A stretch of 64,000 nucleotides of DNA, taken from an uncultured Candidatus Binatia bacterium. GTDB taxonomy: Bacteria; Desulfobacterota; Binatia; UBA9968; JAJDTQ01. The DNA is taken from assembly GCA_965213675.1 (NCBI GenBank), contig OZ243916.1, forward strand, positions 2,624,001 through 2,688,000, in the 5' to 3' direction. Below are positions 28,077 to 37,886 of the stretch, piece by piece. Below the pieces are notes generated by a model. The model saw only the letters and a list, made by a program, of their open reading frames with translations. It ran no database searches and had not been told where the DNA came from. Positions within the stretch are counted from its first letter, which is position 1. Each line of letters starts with the position of its first letter. A program made the position numbers and the translations under genes.

Positions 28077-28946
28077 ATGGCTAAAGAGGAAAGCGTAACC
28101 GTCTACCGGGCTCTCAGCTTGGGGGCTGGAGCCCAGAGTTCAGTTCTAGCGCTCTTGCTTTCTCGGTCCGATGCTCGCTTGGCCAAGCTTGGTTATCGGA
28201 AACCCGACGTCGCCATCTTTGCCGACACTGGATGGGAGCCTGAGTACGTTTACCGCCATCTGGACTGGCTAGAAAAACAACTGACCTATCCATTAGTCCG
28301 GGTATCCGAGGGCAATCTAAGGACGAACCTGAAGCGAGGTCGAACTGTATCGGGTCATCGTTTCGTTGATGTACCCCTATTCACGATCGATCCGGGTGGC
28401 AAGAAGGGGATGCTGCGGCGGCAGTGCACGAACCACTACAAGATACGGCCCATCTATCGACGAATTCGGAGGCTTGCTGGTGGACAACCTGGCCGACCGT
28501 TTCCCAGAGATACCCATGCCGAAATGTGGCTTGGTATTTCCCTGGACGAGGTGGGCCGCATGAAGCCGAGTAGGGAGTCGTGGGTCGAACATCGCTGGCC
28601 TCTTGTCGACATCGGCATGACGCGTGAGGATTGCATCGACTGGTTCAACTCTGAGTATCCAGAACGCCATCTGCCTCGGTCAGCCTGCGTCATCTGCCCC
28701 TACCGCTCAGACGACCACTGGTCGGAACTCAAGGAGCGTGAACCGGCGAGCTACAAGGAAGCCATCGAGTTCGACCGCTGGCTTCGGAGAAGCACCGACA
28801 CCCCTATACGGAAGCTGTTGAATGGCCGACCGTACCTGCACGCGGCTCGCCGTCCCCTCGCCAGTGTCATGGAAGACCGGGAGACGGGCCGCGCGACCAG
28901 CATCGACAACTTCAACAACGAGTGCGAGGGCCTCTGTGGTGTCTGA
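28077..28946 (+). CDS. PAPS-reductase-like PP-loop (HUP) protein, Cys-rich
   Basis: 'SLGAGAQSS', 'FADTGWE', 'RQCT..YKI.PI', 'GISLDE', 'RSACVICPY', C-terminal 'ECEGLCGV'. Confidence 0.75.
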   Translation: MAKEESVTVYRALSLGAGAQSSVLALLLSRSDARLAKLGYRKPDVAIFADTGWEPEYVYRHLDWLEKQLTYPLVRVSEGNLRTNLKRGRTVSGHRFVDVPLFTIDPGGKKGMLRRQCTNHYKIRPIYRRIRRLAGGQPGRPFPRDTHAEMWLGISLDEVGRMKPSRESWVEHRWPLVDIGMTREDCIDWFNSEYPERHLPRSACVICPYRSDDHWSELKEREPASYKEAIEFDRWLRRSTDTPIRKLLNGRPYLHAARRPLASVMEDRETGRATSIDNFNNECEGLCGV

Positions 28947-28956
28947 GACAGGAACC

Positions 28957-30186
28957 GTGACAATCAGGCCAGAATATCCCTTGTACCCATACCAAAGACA
29001 AGTTCTGGCCGACATTCTCCGTGCACTATCATCTCCTGAACCTCGTGTGGTCGCTCATCTTCCTACCGGCGCCGGCAAGACTCGGATCGCAGCACACGCC
29101 GCTTGTCACCTCCTCAACGAAAGGGACACCGAAGACTCTCTCGTCATCTGGCTGGCAGCCACAGAGGAACTTTGCGAACAGGCGGCCGACCAACTGTCAG
29201 ACGCGTGGACGCATCTGGGCCGGCGCGAGGTCTCCATTCATCCCTATTGGGGAAGCCAGTCAACTGACTTGCGACGTCTCCCCTCCGGTTTCTTGGTGAC
29301 CGGCCTTGCCAAGCTACGCTCCATTGCCTTCCAAGACAACACCCTTCTCGCGCACCTAGCCCAGTGTGCCGCGGCCGTCATCTTTGACGAAGCTCACCAG
29401 GCGATCGCCAACACCTACTCCTACATTACAGACCAGCTTTGCAGTGTAAGGCCACCCCTTCTCGGCCTCACAGCCACTCCCGGGCGGACCGCGAATATCA
29501 CGGATGCCGACTTTCGGCTTGCAGAGATGTTCAAGCACAACAAGGTTTCTATAGATCCAAGGGGGCACGACAACCCAGTTACCTATCTGATTCAAAACCA
29601 CTACTTGGCCGATCCACGCTTCGTGCCAATCGGCTTCGATTCGGACACGACGATCACTGAGCCCCTGCCCGGGGCCGACTACAGCACAGAGGATCTCAAG
29701 GACATGGGCCGGAGCCGCCAACGCACACGCAAGATCGTAGAACTAGCCGAGGATGCAGCGGCACGCCATCCCCGCACTATAGTGTTTTGCCCGTCTGTCG
29801 AAAGTGCTCTGGAATGCACCGACCTCCTTCACGCAAAGGGTGTCATTGCTGATGTTGTCACCGCTGAGACCCCCATAGAAGTTCGTCAAACCGCCATCTC
29901 AGCCTTCCGAAGTGACCGCAGGGAACACATGGTGATATTGAACTACGGTGTACTGACCGCCGGGTTCGACGCTCCGCGCACCCGATGCGTCATCATCGCG
30001 CGGCCAACAACGTCGCTAGTGCTTTACTCACAGATGGCCGGGCGGGCGATGCGCGGCCCTAAAGCCGGTGGAAATTCAAAGGCCGAGATACTCACGGTGG
30101 CAGACACGAACCTACCGGGGTTCGGGTCCGTGACTGATGCCTTCACAAATTGGGAGCACCTATGGTCAACCAACTCGCCGAATTAG
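28957..30186 (+). CDS. SF2 DEAD/DEAH-box helicase (ResIII-like)
   Basis: 'LPTGAGKT', 'DEAH', 'TATP', 'GFDAP', 'QMAGRAMRG'; GTG start 28957 (or 28939). Confidence 0.9.
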   Translation: MTIRPEYPLYPYQRQVLADILRALSSPEPRVVAHLPTGAGKTRIAAHAACHLLNERDTEDSLVIWLAATEELCEQAADQLSDAWTHLGRREVSIHPYWGSQSTDLRRLPSGFLVTGLAKLRSIAFQDNTLLAHLAQCAAAVIFDEAHQAIANTYSYITDQLCSVRPPLLGLTATPGRTANITDADFRLAEMFKHNKVSIDPRGHDNPVTYLIQNHYLADPRFVPIGFDSDTTITEPLPGADYSTEDLKDMGRSRQRTRKIVELAEDAAARHPRTIVFCPSVESALECTDLLHAKGVIADVVTAETPIEVRQTAISAFRSDRREHMVILNYGVLTAGFDAPRTRCVIIARPTTSLVLYSQMAGRAMRGPKAGGNSKAEILTVADTNLPGFGSVTDAFTNWEHLWSTNSPN

Positions 30187-32015
30187 AACACGCAGACCGC
30201 AACCTTTTTCCGAGCAATTTCACGATAAGGGCGCTGCGGGATAGCCGGTACCACAACACCGCCTACGCCATTGCTGAACTGATTGACAACTCCGTTGAAG
30301 CACACGCCGAGCAAATAGACCTCCTCTGCATGGAGCGGGTGCAAAACACCGCCCTCCAAAAGCGTCGACGAGTATCCGAGGTGGCCGTCATCGATAACGG
30401 GGTGGGAATGGATGTCAAAACGCTCTTCGAGGCCCTGAAATTTGGAGGAGGAACCCGTCACCACGCAGACCGAGGGATCGGAAAATATGGAATGGGCTTG
30501 CCCACGTCGTCAATGTCTCAGTGCAAAAGAGTAGACGTCTGGACATGGCAGGAGGACATAGATTCGGCGTGGCATTCCAGTATTGACGCCGACGAGATCG
30601 AGCAAGGGGACCACAGAGCTCCGCTCCCCGACCGAGACACACCCATACCGAAGGTGTGGTTAGAGGCGGCCAGCGACCGCATACTCAACCATCGCTCCGG
30701 TACAATTGTCGTATGGACAAAGCTCGATAAGATCCAATGGCGCACCGGCGGCACCATCCTTCGGCACACCGCGCGAGAGGTCGGTCGTATCCACCGCTAT
30801 TGGATTGATGCCGACATGACCAAGATACGCATCGGGTATTTTCTCAACAACCGACCGACAAATATCGAAAACGAAGGCCATATTGTGGCCAACGATCCTC
30901 TCTACTTAATGACTCCTTCCTCGACACCCGCACCATGGGACAACAAGCCAATGTTCAAGCAATGGGCGACACCTACCGAATATACGGCCACTGTGGACGA
31001 CAAAGAGGTGCCGATCCAGGTACGATACTCCATCGTCACACCCGAAGCACTACAGACCACCGTCGTTGCGCAGCTTCCCGGCGCGACAGACCACGGCAAA
31101 CACGCTAGACATAACATCGGGGTATCTGTTGTTCGAGAGGATAGGGAGATTGTACTCGAAACGGCCTTCCTCCGAGAGGGCGGGAGTGCAGAAAATCCAC
31201 AAAACCGGTGGTGGGGCTGTCAAGTCCAATTCGGTCGTGTTTGCGACGAGTTGTTTGGAGTAGACCACAACAAACAAATGGTCGCTAACTTTACCCACGC
31301 TGCAAAGACTCTCCTCCAAGACGACCGTCCGAATCAAGTCATACTTGACGAGTTGGGCGTCGACGATGACATCATCTACACCATAGTTGCAGACATCCGC
31401 GACCAGACCCGCGCAATGATGGCCACCATTAGACAAATGTTTGCACAACGACGACCTCAACCACATGGACCTACGACGAATAATCCCGAAAAGAAGGCGG
31501 CAAAGACCGCCACTGAGGCTGACCGAGACGCGATGGAATCTGGCAAGGAGAACCCCACCAAGACGGACCGGGATCGGGACGACATTCCGCCAGAGGATCG
31601 CGAGGCTGAACTTACCAAACAGTTCATGAACGCCGGGCAAACGGCTCAGGACGCCAAGACGCTCGCCAAACTGCTTGTGCAGGAGGGCCTTTCTTACCAA
31701 TTCAACTCGATGCAGCTCGACGGTTTCCAAATATTCAATGTTCGGTCGAACCAAGGGGTTCTACACATCAATCTGAACACCGATCATCCCATTTATGACC
31801 TCCTCAAACACATTGAAGACGACCTTCCTGAGGATGTCGACGAGAACAATCCCGCGTTCCAGGCCAGCGTGGCGATCAGATTGTTATTGTCATCGTGGGC
31901 TCGAATGGAGGATCAAACCGAATCACGCGAACAGCGCGCACACATACAGGACACCGCCATGAACTGGGGACGTCAGGTTGATAAAGCTATCAGCCAGTTG
32001 CGCGACAGAGACTGA
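30162..32015 (+). CDS. GHKL (HATPase_c_3 / MORC-like) ATPase
   Basis: 'AIAELIDNS', 'IDNGVGMD', 'GIGKYGMG', 'GTIVVW'; GGGAG RBS before ATG 30162. Confidence 0.88.
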   Translation: MVNQLAELEHADRNLFPSNFTIRALRDSRYHNTAYAIAELIDNSVEAHAEQIDLLCMERVQNTALQKRRRVSEVAVIDNGVGMDVKTLFEALKFGGGTRHHADRGIGKYGMGLPTSSMSQCKRVDVWTWQEDIDSAWHSSIDADEIEQGDHRAPLPDRDTPIPKVWLEAASDRILNHRSGTIVVWTKLDKIQWRTGGTILRHTAREVGRIHRYWIDADMTKIRIGYFLNNRPTNIENEGHIVANDPLYLMTPSSTPAPWDNKPMFKQWATPTEYTATVDDKEVPIQVRYSIVTPEALQTTVVAQLPGATDHGKHARHNIGVSVVREDREIVLETAFLREGGSAENPQNRWWGCQVQFGRVCDELFGVDHNKQMVANFTHAAKTLLQDDRPNQVILDELGVDDDIIYTIVADIRDQTRAMMATIRQMFAQRRPQPHGPTTNNPEKKAAKTATEADRDAMESGKENPTKTDRDRDDIPPEDREAELTKQFMNAGQTAQDAKTLAKLLVQEGLSYQFNSMQLDGFQIFNVRSNQGVLHINLNTDHPIYDLLKHIEDDLPEDVDENNPAFQASVAIRLLLSSWARMEDQTESREQRAHIQDTAMNWGRQVDKAISQLRDRD

Positions 32016-32020
32016 TTAAC

Positions 32021-32902
32021 ATGGACGGACGGCCAGGAGAAACGTTGCGCAGTGTTTGTTCACGTGCCAATCGTCTGATTGTCGCGGCACCATACATCAA
32101 GAACAACGCCCTTACCAAGGTAGTCGCCGAGGTGAGGCCGGAAACCTCCGTCGTCTGCATCACGAGATGGAGCCCACATGATATCGCTATGGGTGTGTCC
32201 GACACCGAATGTCGGACCTTTGTCGTGCAGCGTGGAGGATCGTTCAGACTTCACCCGTCACTGCACGCCAAATATTACCGGGCTGATGACACAGTGCTCG
32301 TCGGTTCCGCGAATCTGACAAATTCCGCTTTGGGCTGGTCGTCACAGGCTAATTTAGAGATTCTCTGCACGCCAGGAGACGACTTCGACGCGGACACCTT
32401 TCAGCGGCGCTTGTTCGAGGAGTCACGGGAGATCAGCGATGAAGAGTTCTCACATTGGGAGTCCATCACCGACTTGGGCGTTCAGATCATGCGCAGGGCG
32501 ACTGGTGACGTTCCCCGGCTCGATACTTGGAGACCGGCAACTCGTGACCCAACGCACTTAGAAGTCGCGTATCGCGCCGACTACGATCAGATAGCATCTC
32601 TCGACGAGCAAAGATCGGCACAGCGCGACATTCAGGCCCTCCGAGTTCCCCCAGGATTAACCAACCAACAGGTCCGCGCCTGGATCTCAGGCTGCCTCCT
32701 TGCGGCTTCCTTCACCAACACCGTACTCCGGCTGCGTAATGCAGAGGCTCCGGACATATTGCGTTCCTTGGCAGAGTTCTACAAACTCAGCGCAACCGAT
32801 GCACGAAGGGACATGGAAACTGTCGAGACTTGGCTTTCATTCTTTGCTCCCGCGACCCTCACTCGCATCCGAACCGCCCCGGGTTTACCGGAGCCGGATT
32901 AG
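32021..32902 (+). CDS. Phospholipase D-family (single HKD) nuclease-like protein; last ~10 aa come from an IS end
   Basis: 'VAAPYI', 'LHAKYYRADDTVLVGSANLT' = HxKx4Dx5GSxN. Confidence 0.82.
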   Translation: MDGRPGETLRSVCSRANRLIVAAPYIKNNALTKVVAEVRPETSVVCITRWSPHDIAMGVSDTECRTFVVQRGGSFRLHPSLHAKYYRADDTVLVGSANLTNSALGWSSQANLEILCTPGDDFDADTFQRRLFEESREISDEEFSHWESITDLGVQIMRRATGDVPRLDTWRPATRDPTHLEVAYRADYDQIASLDEQRSAQRDIQALRVPPGLTNQQVRAWISGCLLAASFTNTVLRLRNAEAPDILRSLAEFYKLSATDARRDMETVETWLSFFAPATLTRIRTAPGLPEPD

Positions 32903-33520
32903 TGTGAGTCAGGCCACCAGGGTCGACTCTTGGCACTGCTGATAGTACGTGTCTTCGAGTTCAGCCGGCGGCACATAGCCGACGCCTTCCAGGAGTCGGC
33001 GGTGGTTGAACCAGTCGACCCATTCGAGGGTGGCGAACTCGACCGCTTCGAGGTGGCGCCAGGGGCCGCGTTGACGGATCACCTCGGTCTTGCACAAACC
33101 GATCATGGACTCGGCCAGGGCATTGTCGTAGGAATCCCCGACGCGGCCCACCGACGGCTCGATCCCGGCGTCAGCCAGACGCTCGGTGTAGCGAATCGAC
33201 AAGTACTGGGTGCCACGGTCGCTCTGATATACTAAGACGCCGTCAGCGCCCACCGCGCGGGCATGGAGTGCCTGCTCGAGGGCGTCCAGGGCAAGGTCTG
33301 TGTGCAACGAGTCCGAGACGCGCCAGCCCACGATACGACGCGCATAGGCATCGACAACAAAGGCGACGTAGACGAAGCGACGCCAGATCGCCACATAGGT
33401 CAGGTCCGCCACCCACAACGCATTCGGCCGGCTAGCCTCAAACACCCGGTTCACCCGATCCGCGGGTCGCGTGGGCTCGTTCGCCCCCAGGGTCGTCTTC
33501 GACCGCCGACCCCGGACCAC
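32870..33520 (-). mobile_element. Truncated IS3-family (IS51-type) element: OrfB C-terminal part plus right end
   Basis: 'WVADLTY', 'SDRGTQY', 'YDNALAES'; end motif CGAACCGCCCCGGGTTTACCGGAG at 32870. Confidence 0.85.
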
Positions 33521-33554
33521 GCCACGAAGCGATGCGCTACGCGAAACTCGTATC

Positions 33555-33755
33555 TCACCCCGTCTCGAACTCCAGCCCGGTCAACTTTACACGCGATGAC
33601 CGCTCCGACAGGTGCTGTATTTCCACGCCAACCACCTCATTGGACTCGTTGTAGTCGAGCACAACACCCGGGGCGACTTCTTCCGATTCGACGATGGCGG
33701 AATCATCAAGGCGCAGGTGAAGCGCGTCGGCCTGTCTATCTACCCGTAGTCTCAT
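33555..33755 (-). CDS. DUF2283-domain protein
   Basis: 'MRLRVDRQADALHLRL...ESEEVAPGVVLDY....VVGVEI'. Confidence 0.85.
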   Translation of the reverse strand: MRLRVDRQADALHLRLDDSAIVESEEVAPGVVLDYNESNEVVGVEIQHLSERSSRVKLTGLEFETG

Positions 33756-34216
33756 GGTCTCCCATCCGTCATGTCACGCGCTACGAACACGCTTCCCCCG
33801 TGGCCCTTTAGCTTCAGTACGGGGTAGTCCGGCCAGCGCGGGGCGATGGTGTGGTGGGCGCAGTCGGCGATGAGGTCCAGGGTCTGCAGGACGATGTGCC
33901 CCACCAAGGCCTCGCTCATGGGAGGGCCAACGATGCAATCCGTGCTCATGAAACGGTCGCAGATCGTAATGGTCACGGGTCCTGCGACGGGGCGTTCTTC
34001 CTTCCTCTCGTCCGCGTAGGTGACCACGGCGGTCCGTCGGGTTCTCAATCCGAGCCGCTCGACGACATTCTGCGGCAAAACCAGCATGGCGGCCCCGGTG
34101 TCGACGATGGCGTCGACCCGGGCGCTGCGAATGCTCGCCTCGTCGTGCAGCCCCTGCTCGAAACCAACGCGATCACCCGCGTTTTCGAGTTCCACGTTGA
34201 CACTGATCTCACGCAT
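33752..34216 (-). CDS. Clan AA (retropepsin-like) aspartic protease
   Basis: 'AIVDTGA', 'TYADER', 'ALVG..VL..LDL'; ATG 34216. Confidence 0.8.
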   Translation of the reverse strand: MREISVNVELENAGDRVGFEQGLHDEASIRSARVDAIVDTGAAMLVLPQNVVERLGLRTRRTAVVTYADERKEERPVAGPVTITICDRFMSTDCIVGPPMSEALVGHIVLQTLDLIADCAHHTIAPRWPDYPVLKLKGHGGSVFVARDMTDGRP

Positions 34217-34578
34217 ACTGCCTCTAGCCCTTCGATTTGCGTGCCTTCGGGCCACTTTCCGGGCCTTCGTTGAAGGACTTCTCCCCGGCTTCGTCCTGCG
34301 TCGCCGCAATATGTTGGATCAATAGCCGAAACCGATTGGCCGCGCCACCTGAAACCAGCGCCGCTGCGGGCCTTGGGGCCACGGGCAGGGCCGTGCGTGC
34401 CGACCTTGCGGCAACTTCCCGGAGGAAGACGCGAGCAAGGAGAATGCGTGGCATCCTCTCCGTAAGATCATCGGCTCGGCCTGCCGGAACTTTAGTTGAT
34501 GCGGCCCGCAAGGCTCGTCTTTCTCCTTCCGGCAAGGATGGCAGCAGGACCTCGTCCTGTGGTACTCACGTCTTCCCC

Positions 34579-35505
34579 ATGAACTACACCAATCTCGGCA
34601 ACACCGGTCTCCGGGTGAGCGTCGTCGGGCTGGGTTGCGGCGGGCCGAGCCGGCTGGGACAGCGTGCCGGCAAGAGCCCGGAACATTCCGTCCGGCTGGT
34701 GCGGAGGGCGCTGGACCTGGGGGTGAACTTCCTGGACACCGCGGAGAACTACGACACGGAGGAAATCGTGGGGGCGGCCATCCGCGACATCCCCCGGGAC
34801 CGGGTGGTGATCTCCACCAAGAAGATCATGCCGGAGCCGGATGATCCCGACCCGGCGGGGTTCATGCGCGCTGGCGTGGAGGCGAGCCTCCGGCGGTTGG
34901 GCACGGATTACGTGGACATCTTTCACCTCCACGGCGTGAGTGAGAAGCGTTATGAGTTCGCGGCGAGTGTGATGGCGCCTGTCCTGATGGCGTTGAGGGA
35001 GGAGGGCAAGATTCGCACGGTGGGGATCACCGAGGAGTTCCCGGGAAACCCGCGGCACGAGATGTTGCAGCGCGGCTTGCGCGACCCTTGGTGGGACGTG
35101 GTGATGGTGGGGTTCAACCTGTTGAACCCGTCGGCGCGACGGAGCGTGTTCCCGCTGACGCTGGAGAAGGGCGTAGGCACCTTGGTGATGTTCGCCGTGC
35201 GACGCGCCTTGAGCCAGCCCGTGCAACTCGACAAGCTGCTGCGAGAGATGGCGCAGCAGCGCTTGGTGGAGCCAGGCGCCGACCTCGAATTCCTTGTAGA
35301 CAACCGCTGCGCCGGAAGCCTGACCGAGGCAGCCTACCGCTTCTGCGTGCACGAGCCGGGCACCGACGTGGTGCTGACGGGGACTGGCGATGAGAGACAC
35401 CTCGAGGCCAACATAGCGGCGGCCCTCAAGCCGCCGCTTCCCGCCGAAGCACTGGCGCGGCTGGAGGCGCTGTTCGGCGACGTGGACTCGGTTACCGGGA
35501 ATTGA
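34579..35505 (+). CDS. Aldo/keto reductase
   Basis: 'LGNTGLRVSVVGLGC', 'FLDTAENY', 'SLRRLGTDYVDIFHLH'. Confidence 0.9.
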   Translation: MNYTNLGNTGLRVSVVGLGCGGPSRLGQRAGKSPEHSVRLVRRALDLGVNFLDTAENYDTEEIVGAAIRDIPRDRVVISTKKIMPEPDDPDPAGFMRAGVEASLRRLGTDYVDIFHLHGVSEKRYEFAASVMAPVLMALREEGKIRTVGITEEFPGNPRHEMLQRGLRDPWWDVVMVGFNLLNPSARRSVFPLTLEKGVGTLVMFAVRRALSQPVQLDKLLREMAQQRLVEPGADLEFLVDNRCAGSLTEAAYRFCVHEPGTDVVLTGTGDERHLEANIAAALKPPLPAEALARLEALFGDVDSVTGN

Positions 35506-35635
35506 TGCAACGGCTGAACGTTCCGTTCCGCCCCGCCTGGATTCCCCTGCCCGATCAGGGTCGAGGACAAGCTTTCGCGGGACTAACGGGAGCGGGGTTT
35601 AGAGTGACGGAGTGTTTCGGGAACTGGGGTCGTCA

Positions 35636-36514
35636 TCACCCGAAGCGGCCGGTGATGTAGTCCTCGGTGAGGGGGTGGATGGGGTTGGTGAAGATCTGCT
35701 CGGTGGGGCCGACTTCCAGCAAGTCTCCCAAGTGAAAGTACGCGGTGCGCTGCGACACGCGCGCGGCCTGTTGCATGGAATGGGTGACGATGGCGATGGT
35801 GTAGTCTTGGCCCAGCTCGTGGATGAGGTCCTCGACGCGGGCGGTGGCGATGGGGTCGAGGGCGGAGCAGGGTTCGTCCATGAGGATGACTTCGGGGCTC
35901 ACGGCGATGGTCCTGGCGATGCACAGGCGCTGCTGCTGGCCGCCGGAGAGGCCGGTGCCGGGCTGGTGGAGGCGGTCATTCACCTCCTCCCACAGGCCCG
36001 CGCGCTTGAGGCTGTGCTCGACGATGCCCTCGAGATCGGACTTGGACTCCGCCAGCCCATGGATGCGCACGCCGTAGGCGATGTTGTCGAAGATGGACTT
36101 GGGAAAGGGGTTGGGCTTCTGAAACACCATGCCTACCTGGGCGCGCAGCGGCACCACGTCCATGTCCCTGGCATAGATGTCGTTCCCGTCGAGCTTGATC
36201 TCGCCGGTCATGCGGCAGCCGTCGATGGTGTCGTTCATGCGGTTGAGCGCGCGCAGGAACGTGGACTTGCCGCACCCGGAGGGGCCGATCATGGCGAGCA
36301 CCTGTTCCCGTCCCACGTCCAGGCTCACATTCCTGATGGCATGATTGTCGCCGTAGTGGACATTGACGTCGCGGCAGGTCATGCGCGGATCGTCGACGAA
36401 CGGTGTGCCCACGGTCTCGCGGCTTTCGCGCCGCTCGTCGAGCATGTCCACCTCGGCTCTTCGGAATGTCAGCGCTCCTGCATCCATCACTGCGACACCC
36501 GCTTGATCAGCCAT
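35636..36514 (-). CDS. pstB: Phosphate ABC transporter ATP-binding protein
   Basis: 'GPSGCGKST', 'FQKPNPFP', '[13 protein letters not shown]', 'DYITGRFG'. Confidence 0.95.
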   Translation of the reverse strand: MADQAGVAVMDAGALTFRRAEVDMLDERRESRETVGTPFVDDPRMTCRDVNVHYGDNHAIRNVSLDVGREQVLAMIGPSGCGKSTFLRALNRMNDTIDGCRMTGEIKLDGNDIYARDMDVVPLRAQVGMVFQKPNPFPKSIFDNIAYGVRIHGLAESKSDLEGIVEHSLKRAGLWEEVNDRLHQPGTGLSGGQQQRLCIARTIAVSPEVILMDEPCSALDPIATARVEDLIHELGQDYTIAIVTHSMQQAARVSQRTAYFHLGDLLEVGPTEQIFTNPIHPLTEDYITGRFG

Positions 36515-36594
36515 AACCGCGTCTCCTGAACCGTTCCCGCGCCGCCTCCGGAACCCGACAAGGGTTCACGCGCCGGCACCTCCTGTTTGCCAGT

Positions 36595-37884
36595 TTACCA
36601 GCGTCTTTCAAAGCGTCGCCGCAGCACGATGGCCAGGGCGTTCATGGCCACGAGAAACGCCAGCAGCACCATGATGGCCGCGGACGCGCGCTCCACAAAC
36701 GCGCGCTCCGGGCTGTCCAGCCAGAGGAAGATCTGCACCGGCAGCACGGTCGCGGCATCGGTCACTTCCTGCGGAACGTCCACCACGAACGCGACCATGC
36801 CGATCATGAGCAGGGGCGCGGTCTCGCCGAGAGCCCGGGCCATGCCGATGATGGCGCCCGTCAACATGCCGGGCATGGCCAGCGGCAACACGTGATGCAC
36901 GATCATCTGCAACCTGGACGCACCCACCCCCAGGGCCGCTTCTCGAATCGAGGGCGGCACCGACTTGAGCGCCGCGCGGCCCGCGATGATGACGGTCGGC
37001 AACGTCATGAGGGTGAGCACCAAGCCTCCCACCAGGGGGGCCGAGCGCGGCAGGCCGAACAGGTTGATGAACACGGCCAGTCCGAGCAGTCCGAAGACGA
37101 TGGAGGGCACCGCCGCCAGGTTGTTGATGTTGACCTCGATGAGTGCGGTCACGCGATTCCGTGGAGCGAACTCCTCCAGGTACACCGCGGTGGCCACGCC
37201 CAGCGGAAAAGACAGCAACAAGGTCACCGCCAACGTGAGGAACGAACCCATGGCCGCGCCCCGGATGCCCGCCAACTCCGGCTCCCGGGAGTCGCCCGCG
37301 GTAAAAAACGTGACGTTGAACCGCGATTCGACGCGCCCACCATCCACGAGCCGATCGAACCAGGCGATCTGCCGGTCGGACAGACGCCGGTCCGCCTCGG
37401 GCAGCGCCCGGTCGACGTTGCCCTTGTACAGCATGTCGTAATCGTCGTTCGCGGGCGCCCACACCTCGGCGCTGGAACCCACCAGCGCGGGGTCCTCCAG
37501 GACCATCCGCCGGAGCTGGAACACGGTTCCCCGGCTGACCAGCATGGAGAGATCCCGCCGGGCACGCCGCCCCTTCACCTCGGGGAAAAGCGAACGTACC
37601 GACGCCTTGACCAAGGCGCCGTAGTCGGCGGACCCGAGGGTATCGGCATCGCCGGCCCCTTGCGGGTCGATCACCTGCGCATCAAAGTGGATCGGCAGCT
37701 TGACGAAGGTCTGCCAAAAGGCAGAGTAGCCCGTGACGATGATGTTGACAAACATCAACACCAGGAACGCGAGCCCCAGCAGTACGGCCCCGCGCCCGAA
37801 GTTCCGGAAACGTCGTTCGGCCCGGTTGCGCCGGTCGAGGGAGGCGCGCACGCGCTCGATGGTGCTGTTCGCGGACGCCGCCAT
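36595..37884 (-). CDS. pstA: Phosphate ABC transporter permease
   Basis: 'NINNLAAVPSIVFGLLG', 'ARALGETAPL'. Confidence 0.95.
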   Translation of the reverse strand: MAASANSTIERVRASLDRRNRAERRFRNFGRGAVLLGLAFLVLMFVNIIVTGYSAFWQTFVKLPIHFDAQVIDPQGAGDADTLGSADYGALVKASVRSLFPEVKGRRARRDLSMLVSRGTVFQLRRMVLEDPALVGSSAEVWAPANDDYDMLYKGNVDRALPEADRRLSDRQIAWFDRLVDGGRVESRFNVTFFTAGDSREPELAGIRGAAMGSFLTLAVTLLLSFPLGVATAVYLEEFAPRNRVTALIEVNINNLAAVPSIVFGLLGLAVFINLFGLPRSAPLVGGLVLTLMTLPTVIIAGRAALKSVPPSIREAALGVGASRLQMIVHHVLPLAMPGMLTGAIIGMARALGETAPLLMIGMVAFVVDVPQEVTDAATVLPVQIFLWLDSPERAFVERASAAIMVLLAFLVAMNALAIVLRRRFERRW

Positions 37885-37886
37885 GT

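Noticed and set aside
28077-32902. Calling the operon Dnd/Ssp, DISARM, BREX or type III R-M
   Set aside because: No DndB/D/E, SspB/C/E, methyltransferase, PglZ or DUF1998; the PP-loop motif differs from DndC/CysH.
34224-34560. N-terminal extensions of the AKR and protease ORFs and a 103-aa ORF
   Set aside because: Low-complexity, non-homologous-looking sequence; true starts are better placed at 34579 and 34216.
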